From contig NC_043010.1 of NCBI RefSeq assembly GCF_006345805.1, forward strand, positions 6,076,001 to 6,140,000: a stretch of DNA of 64,000 nt. Direction: 5' to 3'. A program made the position numbers and the translations under genes. How positions within the stretch are numbered: position 1 is the stretch's first letter; each line of letters opens with the position of its first letter. Under the pieces are notes generated by a model. The model was not told where the DNA came from. It did not search any database and was given only the letters and a program-made list of their open reading frames with translations. Positions 51,004 to 64,000 of the stretch are shown here, one piece after another. Source of the DNA: Octopus sinensis. Lineage: Eukaryota.

Positions 51004-51383
51004 CTAAATACAAATATATAGATTCAATGTATCATCATAATGTTAAGGGCATTCCAAAAATATATATGCATAGAGAAACATCCACCTGTCCTCCATATCT
51101 ACATGCACACACATAAAAGTGCATCATAGTGTCCTCAATATTTCGAAATAGAAATACACAAAATTGAAATAAGACAAAGTAAGTTATGCCCATGCTTAGA
51201 AAGTTTTCCTTGTCAATAGGAGTTACAGTCAAACAAGAAAGGATATAATTTGCAATAAGAGCTAGAAATAAAAGATCCATGAATTTAAGGAAATCATATT
51301 TAATAAGAAATACCAGAACAAAATATTACTCTGCAAACAACTCGTGATCAACTATTCGAACAACTGGTAATTAACTGTCTTAC

Positions 51384-53777
51384 CTGTTGATGCAGTTCAG
51401 TGAAAGATGGGTTACCCCAGCTATCATACGATATAGTTCTGCAGTGAATATCTTCTCTGTCTACCATTGGTTGTTGGGGTTTCTTCAGATTTCTCTCCAT
51501 TGTGTACTGAACACCAGGAGGAACACAGGTAGGATCAAATATATATTTCGGTTGGATGTTTAATGCAGGTGTAACCTTGTGGTACATATCAACACTGTTG
51601 TTATAGTTGTTGTCTGTCTGCTTCAGTCTATGAACTATACAGATTGATATAGAGATCACTATGACAACTGATACGATCACAGCTGCTACAACAATAACAA
51701 TCATCACATTCAATTGGAGACCATTACTTGATTCTGTTGTTGTCTTTGAAGGGGTCTTAAATATCTTTGATGTGTTGTTACTAACTGTTAGAGTCAAAGA
51801 CAAAGTTGTTGTCGATGACAGAACTGGACTGCCACTGTCTTTCACACCTAATTCCAGTTCATAGAATCCAGCATCATTTTGGTAAAGTGAGCGAGAGAAA
51901 GATAAGACACCAGAGTGATGGTTCATTTGAAATAAGTGTTTCTCATTACCTCTGAGTATTTCATATGTGAGGAAGGCATTGTGTTGGCTGTCTCTGTCAG
52001 AGGCCCTAACAACTGTGATATCATGGTCAGAGTGGGGATGGTAGTGGACATTAAGACTGAAAGGGTCAACATTAGGGAAACTGAAATAGGGAGCATTATC
52101 ATTTAAATCCATAACCTCAACAACAACATTTGCTCTCTTCTCCAGTGATGGTGTTCCTTTATCTTTTACTAAAACCTTAAACTCATACAAGTTCTTTTCT
52201 TCTCTGTCTAGGGACTCAGTTGTGGAAATGAATCCCACATCAGATATCTGAAATGGTAGGATATCTTTTCCATTAGATAATAGAGAATAGGTTAATTGTC
52301 CTCCATCTCCAATATCTGGGTCTGTGGCATTGACATATCCAACAGGGAAGTCTTTGTGTTCATTTTCATAGGTGAGAAACTTAAATATGTCCTGACTAAA
52401 CTGAGGTTGTACATCATTTATGTCAGTGACCAGCACAGAAAACTGTTTCTCTACTTTCAATGGAGGTAAACCATTATCTTGACATTTAATGGTGAAATTA
52501 AAGCTCTTCTCACTCTCTCTATCTATTTCACTCTTGACAACAACTTTGTATTTCTTTTCAGACATTGAGATAAGCTGAAGATATCTATTTTGTAAATGAC
52601 ACTTCACTTGTCCATTTGCTCCACTGTCATTGTCGGTAACTTTGACATAAGCAACAAAGCTGTTAATTTCAGTTGCTTCTGAGATGATGGCAGTGTTGCC
52701 AGTTGACTTTAAAACAAATCTGATATCAATATTTGGTGGATTGTTTAAGTAACTGATTGCATTTATTAGAACAGTAACAGTTGAGGACATAGGTGGTTTA
52801 CCATTATCTGTGGCTTTAACAAATATTTTATAGGATTTTCCAAACTGAAACTCTGTTGTTAGAAATAGTTCTCCAGTTTGCTTATTCAGTCGAAAGCATT
52901 CTTTCATATTACTTGGTGTTTTAGAACTTAAGCTGTAGGAAATTCTTCCATTTTCTCTTTCATCCAAATCTGTCGCAGACAGTTTTAAAATAGATTCGTT
53001 AATCCTGTGTGTATCATTTACAGTGACATTGTAAATATTGTGAGAGAACACTGGGGAATTATCATTTTCATCTTGTATTGATATTTCTAAATTTAGTACC
53101 CCTTTCTTTGTTGGAGTACCCCCATCTATTGCAATTAACTGGATGTTGTAAATGTTTTGTGTTTCACGGTCCAAGTTACCATCTAAAAGCACTTGTAACA
53201 AATCACTTCCATCCAATTTCTTAGATACAAACAATTGGAATGGAATATCTTCATCCTCTTTGAGTTGATAAGTAAGTCTAGAATTCTGAATACTGACATC
53301 TTTGTCAATGGCATTTGGAAGTGTTTCTTTTCTTCCTTTTAATGCAGTTTCATCAAACTGTATATGAAATTCTTTGTTTGGAAATATAGGGTAATTATCA
53401 TTGACATCTTCTATCATAACTTTGATTTCTAATATCTTGAGAAAAGAATGGCCATGCTGAACAGCTATTTCCAAATCCCTGAAACATTCCACATGATATT
53501 GACAAAGAGATTCTGCATCCAATATGGCAGCTGTGTATATTTGTCCTCCAGGTGTAACATTAAATAACTGAACACTTCCATCAGTACTACCCTGGAGTAT
53601 TTTAAATGTCAGTTTGTTGCTCTCATCCTTAGTCTGTATATCATCCATTAAGTGTGTATCAGTGACAATATCTCCAATATAGCTGATTATATCATTGTTC
53701 TCTTTCACATGGTAGGTATGATCCACACACCAGCAGTTATGAGCAAGGAACAACACCAACAATACACCTGGAAACAT
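51384..53777 (-). CDS. Pcdh: Protocadherin gene 6, large exon (798 codons; spliced protein about 955 aa)
   Basis: Six EC repeats plus TM. ATG 53777, acceptor AG 53786-53785, donor CAG|GTAAGA at 51384. Confidence 0.95.
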
Positions 53778-56059
53778 TTTCAATCTGAAATAGAATTTTG
53801 TATTGATATCAATTATTCAGGTTTTAATACTACAGAGAAATTCTAACTAGAAATTTTGTTACATGAACTTTATCTTTACATTCATTTTGGATTTGTAGAT
53901 TTTTAAGAAACTTGAAAGTGTGTATAGAAATGTTCTCTTTAATTTTTTGGATATAATTGATGCATATGTAGTTGTTATACACCCAAACCAAGAAATAACC
54001 CATTGATATTGCAGAGGACAGGTGTAAATTGTTCTCTGTTTTCTTTTCTATACGACTTCACCTAATATAAAAGAAGAGGTATTTCATCACCGTTGCCCTC
54101 TTGTTAACAGCTTTATCAATTTACTTATACAAACTTACATATTCTACACATGCTTGGTAGCTCAGTTAAATAAATTATTGAAGCATTACCAATTTTTGCT
54201 GTATATGCTATAATATACAACTGAGTTCAAGTTGGAGTTTGAACTGGCATTGCATGTGTGAACTAAACGAAAGTAAACATGTGGTACAGCTGTGAACATG
54301 TGGCTTTGTTTATAAACCACATGTATGTCAAATTGGCTGCTGGTGAAATTGTAATGATGACTAAAACCACAATCCAAGTAATTTCTCTTATTTTTGCATT
54401 TGGTAAAGTAAACAAAGAGCTCTATCTAAAATTGTGAAGATACAGTGCTGGCTAAAATCTATAGATTTTTTTTTGTGTTGTATACTGTAGCATTAAATAT
54501 TTAAGATATAAATGATAATGCATGCACACACATGTATAGGAATGAGTTTGTGGATATGTGTGTGTGTGTGTCTGTATGCACGTGCGTGCACATCATGTAA
54601 AGTGTTGTGACCATATTGCCTTAATAAAGAAAATTATAAGCGTGGTATATCAAGAAATTAACCTGACACTGAATTTATATAGAGAGCAGATTTAATATTT
54701 TTTTGTAATGTCTTCTTTCAGGTTGATATGGCTGTTTTGTCTGAGTTATATTATTTCCTTTTTACAAGTTACAGTAATTGTATTGTAGTCAAGGATATTT
54801 CTTAGGCTATATTGATCCTGATATTTGAAGAACTTCACAAGACACAAAAAGTAGTCTGAGGCTCAAAAGGAAATAAATGAAGTGGAACAAAATACCACCA
54901 ACATACATATTGGTGTGAAATGGATGGCTAGTTCTATCAGAGAGCTGCACAGTTTCCACTGGTCGAATTTTTTTAACAAGGCTATGGACAACATCCATCT
55001 ATGACACAAGACTGTTGCCCATGTTTTCTGACTGTCTTATTCAACATATTTGACCAATAATCATGTTCTCCAGAAAAAAAAAATTATTGATCACACAGCC
55101 ATGTCTGAGTCCAATATGTTGATCACTGAGTTACTTCTCACTATGAAAATATCTTACCAAACGATTCCCATTCCCCAGAATATCCATCATTCCATTGTTT
55201 CCGTATCTTCCCTACACCAATACAGTCATAACTGAATACAAGAATGTCTCTGTGTGACATCCTTGGTGACAAAGTCTCATCTTTAAAATGACAATTTCAT
55301 ATACACTTGTTCTGAAGATATCATGCCATTGCATCAATTCTCCTGATATTACATATCTGAATACGAATCTAAAAGAGACATTAAGAATGGCAACTAATTG
55401 ATGTGTAACACCAGCGAACCACTGACCAAATGAAAGGCACTCAAACTAAGAACTTCACGTTCTTTTAAAAGTATTCTATGCCAGCATGGAAAGTAGACGT
55501 TCAATGCTGATGATGATTTCTTGAATATCATAAGATGCAGTATTTCTAATCTGAAGTGTGTGATTTTGATAGATATCTGGCTGCTATTTCTAGCAAGTCC
55601 GAGAATTCATTAAGGGTATTAATTTATTAAGAGTAACCTCCCTTACTTTCAAAACTACTTCATGGTCCAATTTCTCAGATATTGAATTTAACAATCTTGT
55701 GAGAGCAAGATAGTCAAATATTTTGCAATGTAAAGTAAAAACTTGATAAACTATTCAACTAACGTTAACTAAAACAATTATCATCAATACATCCCGTCTA
55801 TTACATCCAAATCTATCAGCTAATCCTATGCTAGATGGTTAAACTGACAGTATTGTAAAAAAGAGAGAGAAAACATTATATTTTTTTAAAGAATGTAAAT
55901 ATTAAAATAATGCTAAACTCTGTTTGTGTTTTGGTGAAAGTTCCATCTCAAGTATTTATTGAAGATATATATAAAATGTCTTTAGAAAATGACATTGCTG
56001 TACAGGAAGTAATTAAGAATCTGATTTTGCTATGGGTGTAGTTTTAGCAAGATGGTAGT

Positions 56060-57230
56060 CAATGGGAAGTGAAATGACCAAACACCAACAGAAACAATTT
56101 ATACAGCAGAATAACTTTTAATAAGTACTTACCAACAGTTGTCAGTCGTTTATACACTTGTTACTGTATTGTTTCAGTGTTCTGGTAACAAAGTTATAAA
56201 CTAGCAGAAGTTCTGAGTAGTTTGGTATGTGACAGTGTTATGTAGTACTATCAAGTTGGTTGTGTAGTATGTAATGTGTGTTGTAGCCAATGACAAGCTG
56301 TCTATTATTCCAATGCAAGGAAACGAAATACAGCCTCCAGTTCTTGCAGTAAATGATGGCTGACTCACAGACTATTTCACTTAGACACACACTCATATAT
56401 AGATACATACATATACATGGTTGTGCGTGGTGAGAAGGTACCCAACTAAATGGATGGAAATATTAATAAGGTTTTAGTAATGAATATAAAATTAAAGTAT
56501 ATTAAAAATATATCATATTTTAATTTAATGCATAAAAGTTATTTTCTAACTTCAGTCAAAGTTGCAAAACTTTTATCTTATATTTTCCTCTGGTTTTATA
56601 AAATTTTTGCTTGAAACATCTTTAATAAATGTTACTAAATAATCAATGGGAAGTGAAATGACCAAACACCAACAGAAACAATTTATACAGCAGAATAACT
56701 TTTAATAAGTACTTACCAACAGTTGTCAGTCGTTTATACACTTGTTACTGTATTGTTTCAGTGTTCTGGTAACAAAGTTATAAAACTAGCAGAAGTTCTG
56801 AGTAGTTTGGTATGTGACAGTGTTATGTAGTACTATCAAGTTGGTTGTGTAGTATGTAATGTGTGTTGTAGCCAATGACAAGCTGTCTATTATTCCAATG
56901 CAAGGAAACGGAAATACAGCCTCCAGTTCTTGCAGTAAATGATGGCTGACTCACAGACTATTTCACTTAGACACACTCATATATAGATACATACATATAC
57001 ATGTGTGCGTGGTGAGAAGGTACCCAACTAAATGGATGGAAATATTAATAAGGTTTTAAGTAATGAAATATAAAATTAAAGTATATTAAAAATATATCAT
57101 ATTTTAATTTTAATGCATAAAAGTTATTTTCTAACTTCAGTCAAAGTTGCAAAACTTTTTATCTTATATTTTCCTCTGGTTTTATAAAATTTTTTGCTTG
57201 AAACATCTTTAATAAATGTTACTAAATAAT
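56060..57230. repeat. Direct tandem duplication (period 584 bp) of the gene 6 promoter plus exon 1 (P6a exon about 56133-56214; P6b exon about 56717-56799)
   Basis: CAATGGGAAGTGAAATG...GTTACTAAATAAT occurs twice back to back (junction about 56643/56644). The donors are at 56132 and 56716. Confidence 0.9.
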
Positions 57231-57838
57231 ATTTTTAGAAATTAATTTCATCATAAAATTGTTGAACTCATTTGAAAATACGAAATTATGGCTCCAAATA
57301 ATTGTGTTGAATAATTATTGCAATATGGTTTGTTCTTACAAGTGTTCCTATAACAGAACTAATCCTTCTAAAATGGAAATAAAAGTTTGTAAATTTCACA
57401 TTTGAAACTTATAAATATTTATCAACATAGAAGCCTATCCATTAAATGTCATTACACATGGAATTCCTTTCTGATATATATATATAAATATATATAATGT
57501 ATCTAATTTAAAAAATTTTTTTTGCCCACCTTTTTGGAAAGCTAATCAAGAATGCATATTCTTTATATGGCTTTGAAATGGTAATCTAAAGCCAAAAATG
57601 TAGAAACAGAATTAAGTATTTTGTATACTGTGACTACATAACAAAAATACTTTTAAGGAGAAGAAATATTGCTTTTCTAGGGCTTAGATTAAACTCTTTC
57701 TTTTTAAGTTGGGTTAACTATTGAAATTATGCAATCTTCAATAGATTTTATAAGAAAATATCCAGAAACTACAATGGAGAATTGTGTTACATATTTTTGG
57801 ATAGCTTCCCTATATATATATATCCAGATATCTTCTAT

Positions 57839-57871
<33 letters not shown>

Positions 57872-58612
57872 CTAGTGGATGTTAAATGATGATGATGATA
57901 TTTATATATATCCTGACAGTTTCAGTAATATACATGGTTATAAGTTTCTCAGTAAAAACTTTGGTAGATATCAACTGGTAGTTTGGGAGAATATTTCATT
58001 CTTAACTGTTCCCCTCATTCAAAATATTTTGATAATTCTGTCATATTTTCTTTTGATGATTCCTTGGTGTAAATATATTTACTTCGATTAAAGACTAAAT
58101 AAGAAAAAAAATTATCTATTTTGGTGAAAATTTATCATAAATTTATAACTTTAAGAAATGTTATGACAATGTTATATAATTTCTTGATCAAATATTAATA
58201 TTCTTTTTTACTCTAGGCACAAGGCCTGAAATTTTGGGGGAGGGGGCCAGTCGATTAGATCGATCCCAGTCAATTTATCAACCCCAAAAGGATGAAAGGC
58301 AAAGTCGACCTCAGTGGAATTTGAAATCAGAATGCAATTATAATTACCTTTCATACTTTCACACTGAGATATTTGTAGTAATATACAAGGTCTACTTTTA
58401 TATAAGATAAAATCATTTTTGGTATTGTCTCTAGTAAGGGGAGGAAGTAATAATTATGTAAGCTGCTAAAGAAGACTGGCAAATAATTGGCAAAGTCATC
58501 TGTGGTAGAATATGATTGAAATTAGTACACAAATATAAAATACGGTCAGGATTTTAGGCAGTCCTTGTTCTAGTTCTGCTGCTACCTGTCATTGGTTTCT
58601 AAATAGGCAGCA

Positions 58613-61600
58613 TTAGTTGTGGGTGCTGATAGAGGTGGTACTTGAGGTATTGAAGGTACCTTTGGTAATGTTGTTACTTTAGGTACAGCTGGTAGAAGCG
58701 GTTTACAGTTTGAAATAAAGGCACTTGTCATTGGCACCGTAGGTGATTGTTCAGTTGTATTAGATGTGGTCCCAGCTGTAGTCAAAGGTATTTGGTCGAG
58801 ATGAAGAAGGGCTCTTGTCAACATTTGGTTGGTAGGGATATCCGTTGTTGTTATCTCCCCTTGATCTGTCGAGGGTGTGTTGAGGGTGGTTTCTCTATTC
58901 CATGTATAATCACTTTGATATCGACATAGATCTGGATGGAAGTATATCGATTTATTGGCTGTTTTTTTTTTTCAGGCAAACTGAATAAAAGCAAACTGGT
59001 TTAAATGGGTTTATAGCAAGGAAAAATCAAAGCATTAGTATATTTTAACAAAAAAAAAAGCTATGCCCCAGCTATCCTGTCTAGAGTGAGCGCCATGCAC
59101 TGTGATATCTTGGGATTCAAGGGTCCACAGCTATTTAATGTCTCGTCCAAACATCTCAGGGATCTTCATGGAGTGGAGTAGATGTTTTCCAGGAATAACT
59201 TGACCTCTTGCTATCCACTGTCCCAGATGAAACTGTATTACAGCAGGAAACTCAGTAGAGAGCAAACAGTGTTGGACTCCTTCCATCACTAAAAGCAAAT
59301 CATGTAAGATTGGCCATTGTAAACATGATTTCAGCCTTAGCACAGAATCGTATAAATAAATAAATAATTCCGTTCAGGTAAAACGGTCATGAAATAATCT
59401 GCCTCCAAAGAATTCTATTCAACCCATGTTAGTCTTCCAAAGTGGATTGGATTGAAAAAGGATGATGATGATGGTAACTAAATATAGACCAATAGATTAT
59501 CATACTATATTGAAGAAATATTTATTTTCACTTACCTGGCAGTTCCTCATAGTGACCAGCACTGCCGACACTCCATCCATGACCCCTATCAGTGCGAGAT
59601 GACAATGTTGACATCTCACTGAATGGTCAGAACTGTTTAGTTCTCTGTAACCAGGAGACATACTCTCTTCTTTGGAACAAATATCTAAATACAAATATAT
59701 AGATTCAATGTATCATCATAATGTTAAGGGCATTCCAAAAAATATATGCGTAGAGAAACATCCACCTGTCCCATATATTACATGCACACTCATATAAGAG
59801 TGCATCATAGTGTCATCAATATTTCGAAATAGAAATGCATAAAATTGAAATAAGACAAAATATTGACCATACTTAGACCATACTTAGAAAACAAGAAAGG
59901 ATATAATTTACAACAAGAAAGGATATAATTTACAATAAGAGCTAGAAATAAAAGATCCATGAATTTAAGGAAATCATATTTAATAAGAAATACCAGAACA
60001 AAATATTACTCTGCAAACAACTCGTGATCAACCATTCAAACAACTGGTAATTAACTGTCTTACCTGTTGATGTGGCTCAGTGAAAGCTGGGTTACCCCAG
60101 CTATCATATGATATAGTTCTGCAGTGAATATCTTCTCTGTCTACCATTGGTTGTTGGGGTTTCTTCAGGTTTCTCTCCATTGTGTACTGAACTCCAGGAA
60201 GAACACAAGTTGGATCAAATATATATTTCGGTTGTACGTTTAATGCAGGTGTAACCTTGTGGTACATATCAACACTGTTGTTATAGTTGTTGTCTGTCTG
60301 CTTCAGTCTATGAACTATACAGATTGATATAGAGATCACTATGACAACTGATACGATCACAGCTGCTACAACAATAACAATCATCACATTCAATTGGAGA
60401 CCATTACTTGATTCTGTTGTTGTCTTTGAAGGGGTCTAAATATCTTTGATGTGGTGTTACTAACTGTGAGAGTCAAAGACAAAGTTGTTTGTCGATGACA
60501 GAACTGGACTGCCACTGTCTTTCACACCTAATTCCAGTTCATAGAATCCAGCATCATTTTGGTAAAGTGAGCGAGAGAAAGATAAGACACCAGAGTGATG
60601 GTTCATTTGAAATAAGTGTTTCTCATTACCTCTGAGTATTTCATATGTGAGGAAGGCATTGTGTTGGCTGTCTCTGTCAGAGGCCCTAACAACTGTGATA
60701 TCCTGGTCAGAGTGGGGATGGTAGTGGACATTAAGAGTGAAAGGGTCAACATTAGGGAAACTGAAATAGGGAGCATTATCATTTAAATCCATAACTCAAC
60801 AACAAACATTGCTCTCTTCTCCAGTGATGGTGTCCTTTATCTTTTACTAAAACCTTAAACTCATATAGGTTCTTTTCTTCTCTGTCTAGGGACTCAGTTG
60901 TGGAAATGAATCCCACATCAGATATCTGAAATGGTAGAATATTTTCCATTAGATAATAGAGAATAGGTTAATTGTCCTCCATCTCCAATATCTGGGTCTG
61001 TGGCATTGACATATCCAACAGGGAAGTCTTTGTGTTCATTTTCATAGGTGAGAGAAACTAAAATGTCCTGACTAAACTGAGGTGTACATCATTTATGTCA
61101 GTAACCAGCATAGAAAACTGTTTCTCTACTTTCAATGGAGGTAAACCATTATCTTGACATTTAATGGTAAATTAAATCTCTTCTCTCTCTCCCTATCTAT
61201 TTCACTCTTGACAACAACTTTGTATTTCTTTTCAGACTCTGAGATAAGCTGAAGATATCTGTTTTGTAAATGGCACTTCACTTGTCCATTTACTCCATTG
61301 TCATTATCGGTAACTTTGACATAAGCAACAAAACTATGAATTTGAGTTGCTTCTGAGATGACAGCTGTTTTTCCAGTTGACTTAATGACAAATCTGAAGT
61401 CAATGTTTGGTGGATTGTTAAGATGAGTGATTCCATTTATTAGAACAGTAACGATTGAGGACATAGGTGGTTTACCATTATCTGTGGCTTTAACAAACAC
61501 TTTATAGAATCTTCCAAACTGAAATTCTGTTGTTAGAAATAGTTCTCCAGTTACTTTATTCAACCGAAAACATTCTTTTATCTTATTAGGTGTTTTAGTA

Positions 61601-62395
61601 CTAAAAGTATAAGAAATTCTTTGATTCTCTCCAATATCCGAATCTGTTGCAGACAATCTTAGAACAGGTATGTTTGTCTGGTGTGTATCATTGATAGTGA
61701 TGTTATAGATATTCTGGGAGAACACTGGGGAATTATCATTTTCATCTTGTACTGATATCATTATATCCAGTACACCTTCCTTTTGCGGAGATCCTCCATC
61801 TCTTGCAATCAACTGAATATTATAAATGTCTTTTTTCTCACGATCTAAGTTGCCTTCCAAAGTTAGTTGTAGTAAATTGCTTTTTTTAGGCTGATATCTT
61901 CACAAGAGAATTGTGAGTACTGACATCATTGTCCGTGGCTTTTGAATTCTTCCTTTTGAGCCTTCTTTCATCAAATGCTAAATGAAATTCTTTGTTGGGA
62001 AAAATGGGAGAATTATCATTGACATCTTCTATTATAACTTTGACTTCTAATATCTTTATAACAGAATGGCCATGCTGAACAGCTATTTCTAACATTCTGA
62101 AACATTCCACATTATATTGACACAGAGTTTCTGCATCCAATATAGCAGCAGTGTATATTTGTCCTCCAGGTGTAACATTAAACAACTGAACACCTCCATC
62201 AGTACTATCCTGGATTACATTAAATATTAGTCTGCTGCTATCACCCCGAGATGGTACAGTATTCAGCAGTTGTGTATCAGTGGCAATATCTCCAATATAG
62301 CTGTGTCTATCATTGTTCTCTTTCACATGGTAGACATGATCCACACACCAGCAACTTCCAGAAAGAAACAACACCAACAATACAACTGGACTCAT
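58613..62395 (-). pseudogene. Pcdh: Protocadherin gene 7, frameshifted as assembled (large exon 60064-62395, middle exon 59536-59684, terminal exon about 58613-58931); pseudogene or low-quality consensus
   Basis: All splice sites and the ATG are intact, but there are more than 10 one- to two-nt indels and a scrambled, deleted segment at about 61870-61910. The ORF track breaks it into four pieces. Confidence 0.7.
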
Positions 62396-62494
62396 TTTCT
62401 ATCTGAAATAGAGTTTTATATCAATATTCATAATTCAAAATTTAATAAATGCAAAGAAAATATGAAAATTTTGCTACATGTGTAGATATTTATG

Positions 62495-62610
62495 AAGCCT
62501 AAAATCTGTGCCAAACAAATTGGAGCCTGGTGCAGCCACCTGGTCCACCACTTCTTTGTCAAACCGTCTAACCCATGCCAATATGGACGTGGATGTTAAA
62601 TGACGATGAT
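62495..62610 (+). mobile_element. 5'-truncated retroposon 3' end with a (GAT)n-type tail
   Basis: ...AACCCATGCCAATATGGACGTGGATGTTAAATGACGATGAT. Related tails occur at about 27430-27470, 29105, 38850, 48480 and 57875. Confidence 0.55.
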
Positions 62611-63323
62611 ATATATATATATATATATACCTGCACACACATACAGATTTTATTCTGAACAGTAATTCCTGTACATCACTATTAAACCCAAGGTTTAATT
62701 GGAATAATACTATGCCATACTTTCTTGATAAAAATGTGTAACTGTAGTACATATCATCAAGAAATTATTAACCTTTAGCACACTGTAAGTGCATCATGTC
62801 TTCATATGAGTTTTCTCCCCTGTAGTAACAGGGCAATGTTAGGAGAAACAATTCTAGAGAAAATGCAGTGTGCTAAAGATTAATGTGATGCAGTTGGTAG
62901 ACAATGGGCAGATATCTTTCAGGTTGGTATTGTAGGTCTATTTAAGTTTTTTTTTTTGCTGGTTACGATTATTGCCCTCTAGCGAGAGGTATTTCTTAGG
63001 TTACCATATTTGATCCTAGTACTTAAACAGGTGCATATTTTAGCAACTTCATATGATAAAATTGTTGACTGAAACATGAAAGGAAATAACTGAAATTAAA
63101 CAGAAGTCATCAACATACATATGATATAAGGATGGATGGATGGATTCATCTGAGTTCCACAAGGCTCTCGGCAACATCAGCCTATGATACAAGACTGTTG
63201 CATTCAACATATTGAACCAAGAAGCACAATCATCTGAAAAAATTTATTGATCACACAACATGCTTGAGGGCAATATGTCAAAAGGTTAGTTTCTCATTGC
63301 TAAAGTATACTATCAAATAATAA

Positions 63324-63718
63324 TCTATATATATAAAAGTGAGGTTGTGTACTGTCTGTCTCCTATGATTTAGATTCCTAACTACTCCCACATTTTGCGG
63401 TGCAGTTTAACCAAAACCGGGTATCTTATAGTCGTGATTCATATTGAGGCCTTCTGGGTACTAGCGCGTGTCTACGATGAGTCTATGATGTAAAAAAAAT
63501 TTACCTTAAATTTTTCACATTTTTAATGCATTTTTGGCATATATATGGGAAGTAACTCTCTAAAAATTTATTATTAAATCTCAGAACGTAAAAAGCTACA
63601 GTAACACCCCACCTTTGTGGTTAGCCATATTGAGATGGCTATTATACTTTACATTTCTAAAAATGCTTATATAGTTATTTCCCTTACAAACCCGAGCAAC
63701 GCCGGGCGATACTGCAAG
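63324..63718 (+). mobile_element. Non-autonomous Helitron-like element in intron 1 of gene 7
   Basis: A|TCTATATATATAAAA ... CCCGAGCAACGCCGGG ... CAAG|T. Shares its internal module with the 39400-39780 copy. Confidence 0.8.
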
Positions 63719-63719
63719 T

Positions 63720-63960
63720 AAATAATAATCGTATACAGTGCTCAGGTGCACTGCAACTCATAACAAAAAGTAACCAAAAGGGCATGAACAGTACATAAAA
63801 TAGGCACAGGAAAAGAACAGTGAATAAGTCTCCCCAACCCAAAAAGGACAAAAATCGGGAGAAGAAATGGAGATGAGGTGGGGCGTCAGATGTAATGTTG
63901 GTGAATTTCAGGGAGCATGGAGGATTTCCACCTCCCAGGACGCCAATCATTTCACTTTCT
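63720..63960 (-). mobile_element. Possible degenerate 3' end of the same LINE family as 13150-13660
   Basis: AATAATAATCGTATACAGTGCTCAGGTGCAC matches 13195-13230, and 63885-63925 resembles 13340-13380. Confidence 0.4.
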
Positions 63961-64000
63961 CTATCTCTTACACAATAACTCATTTTTAAATTGAAAAATA

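Noticed and set aside
1-64000. CRISPR array, rRNA or prokaryotic operon structure
   Set aside because: The DNA is eukaryotic and intron-containing. The ~9 kb periodicity is gene duplication, and no repeat-spacer pattern or rRNA-like sequence was seen.

Overview
Eukaryotic, AT-rich, microsatellite- and SINE-rich DNA, most likely from an octopus (inferred from the gene family, repeat style and gene structure; species not determinable). The window is a head-to-tail tandem array of seven minus-strand protocadherin genes at about 9-9.6 kb spacing, plus the promoter and first exon of an eighth gene lying off the left edge. The ORF track misrepresents them. Each unit reads: TATA/Inr/CCAAT/AP-1-like promoter, then a 77-85 nt non-coding exon 1, then a ~2.4 kb exon (signal peptide, EC1-EC6, TM, juxtamembrane; acceptor exactly 7 nt before the ATG), then an invariant 151-nt exon, then a terminal coding exon. 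Each gene therefore carries its own cytoplasmic exons rather than sharing constant exons. Six genes are intact (about 946-964 aa spliced); the seventh is broken by many small indels, which may be consensus errors. EC5-TM is almost identical in all copies, while EC1-EC4 is a patchwork of exchanged blocks. All copies lack the canonical Ca2+ motifs at the EC3-EC4 junction. The introns and 3' flanks hold tRNA-derived SINEs, five non-autonomous Helitron-like elements, a hAT MITE nested in a SINE, a CR1-type LINE end and a Penelope-like fragment with a degenerate hammerhead ribozyme. All alignments and counts were made by eye.
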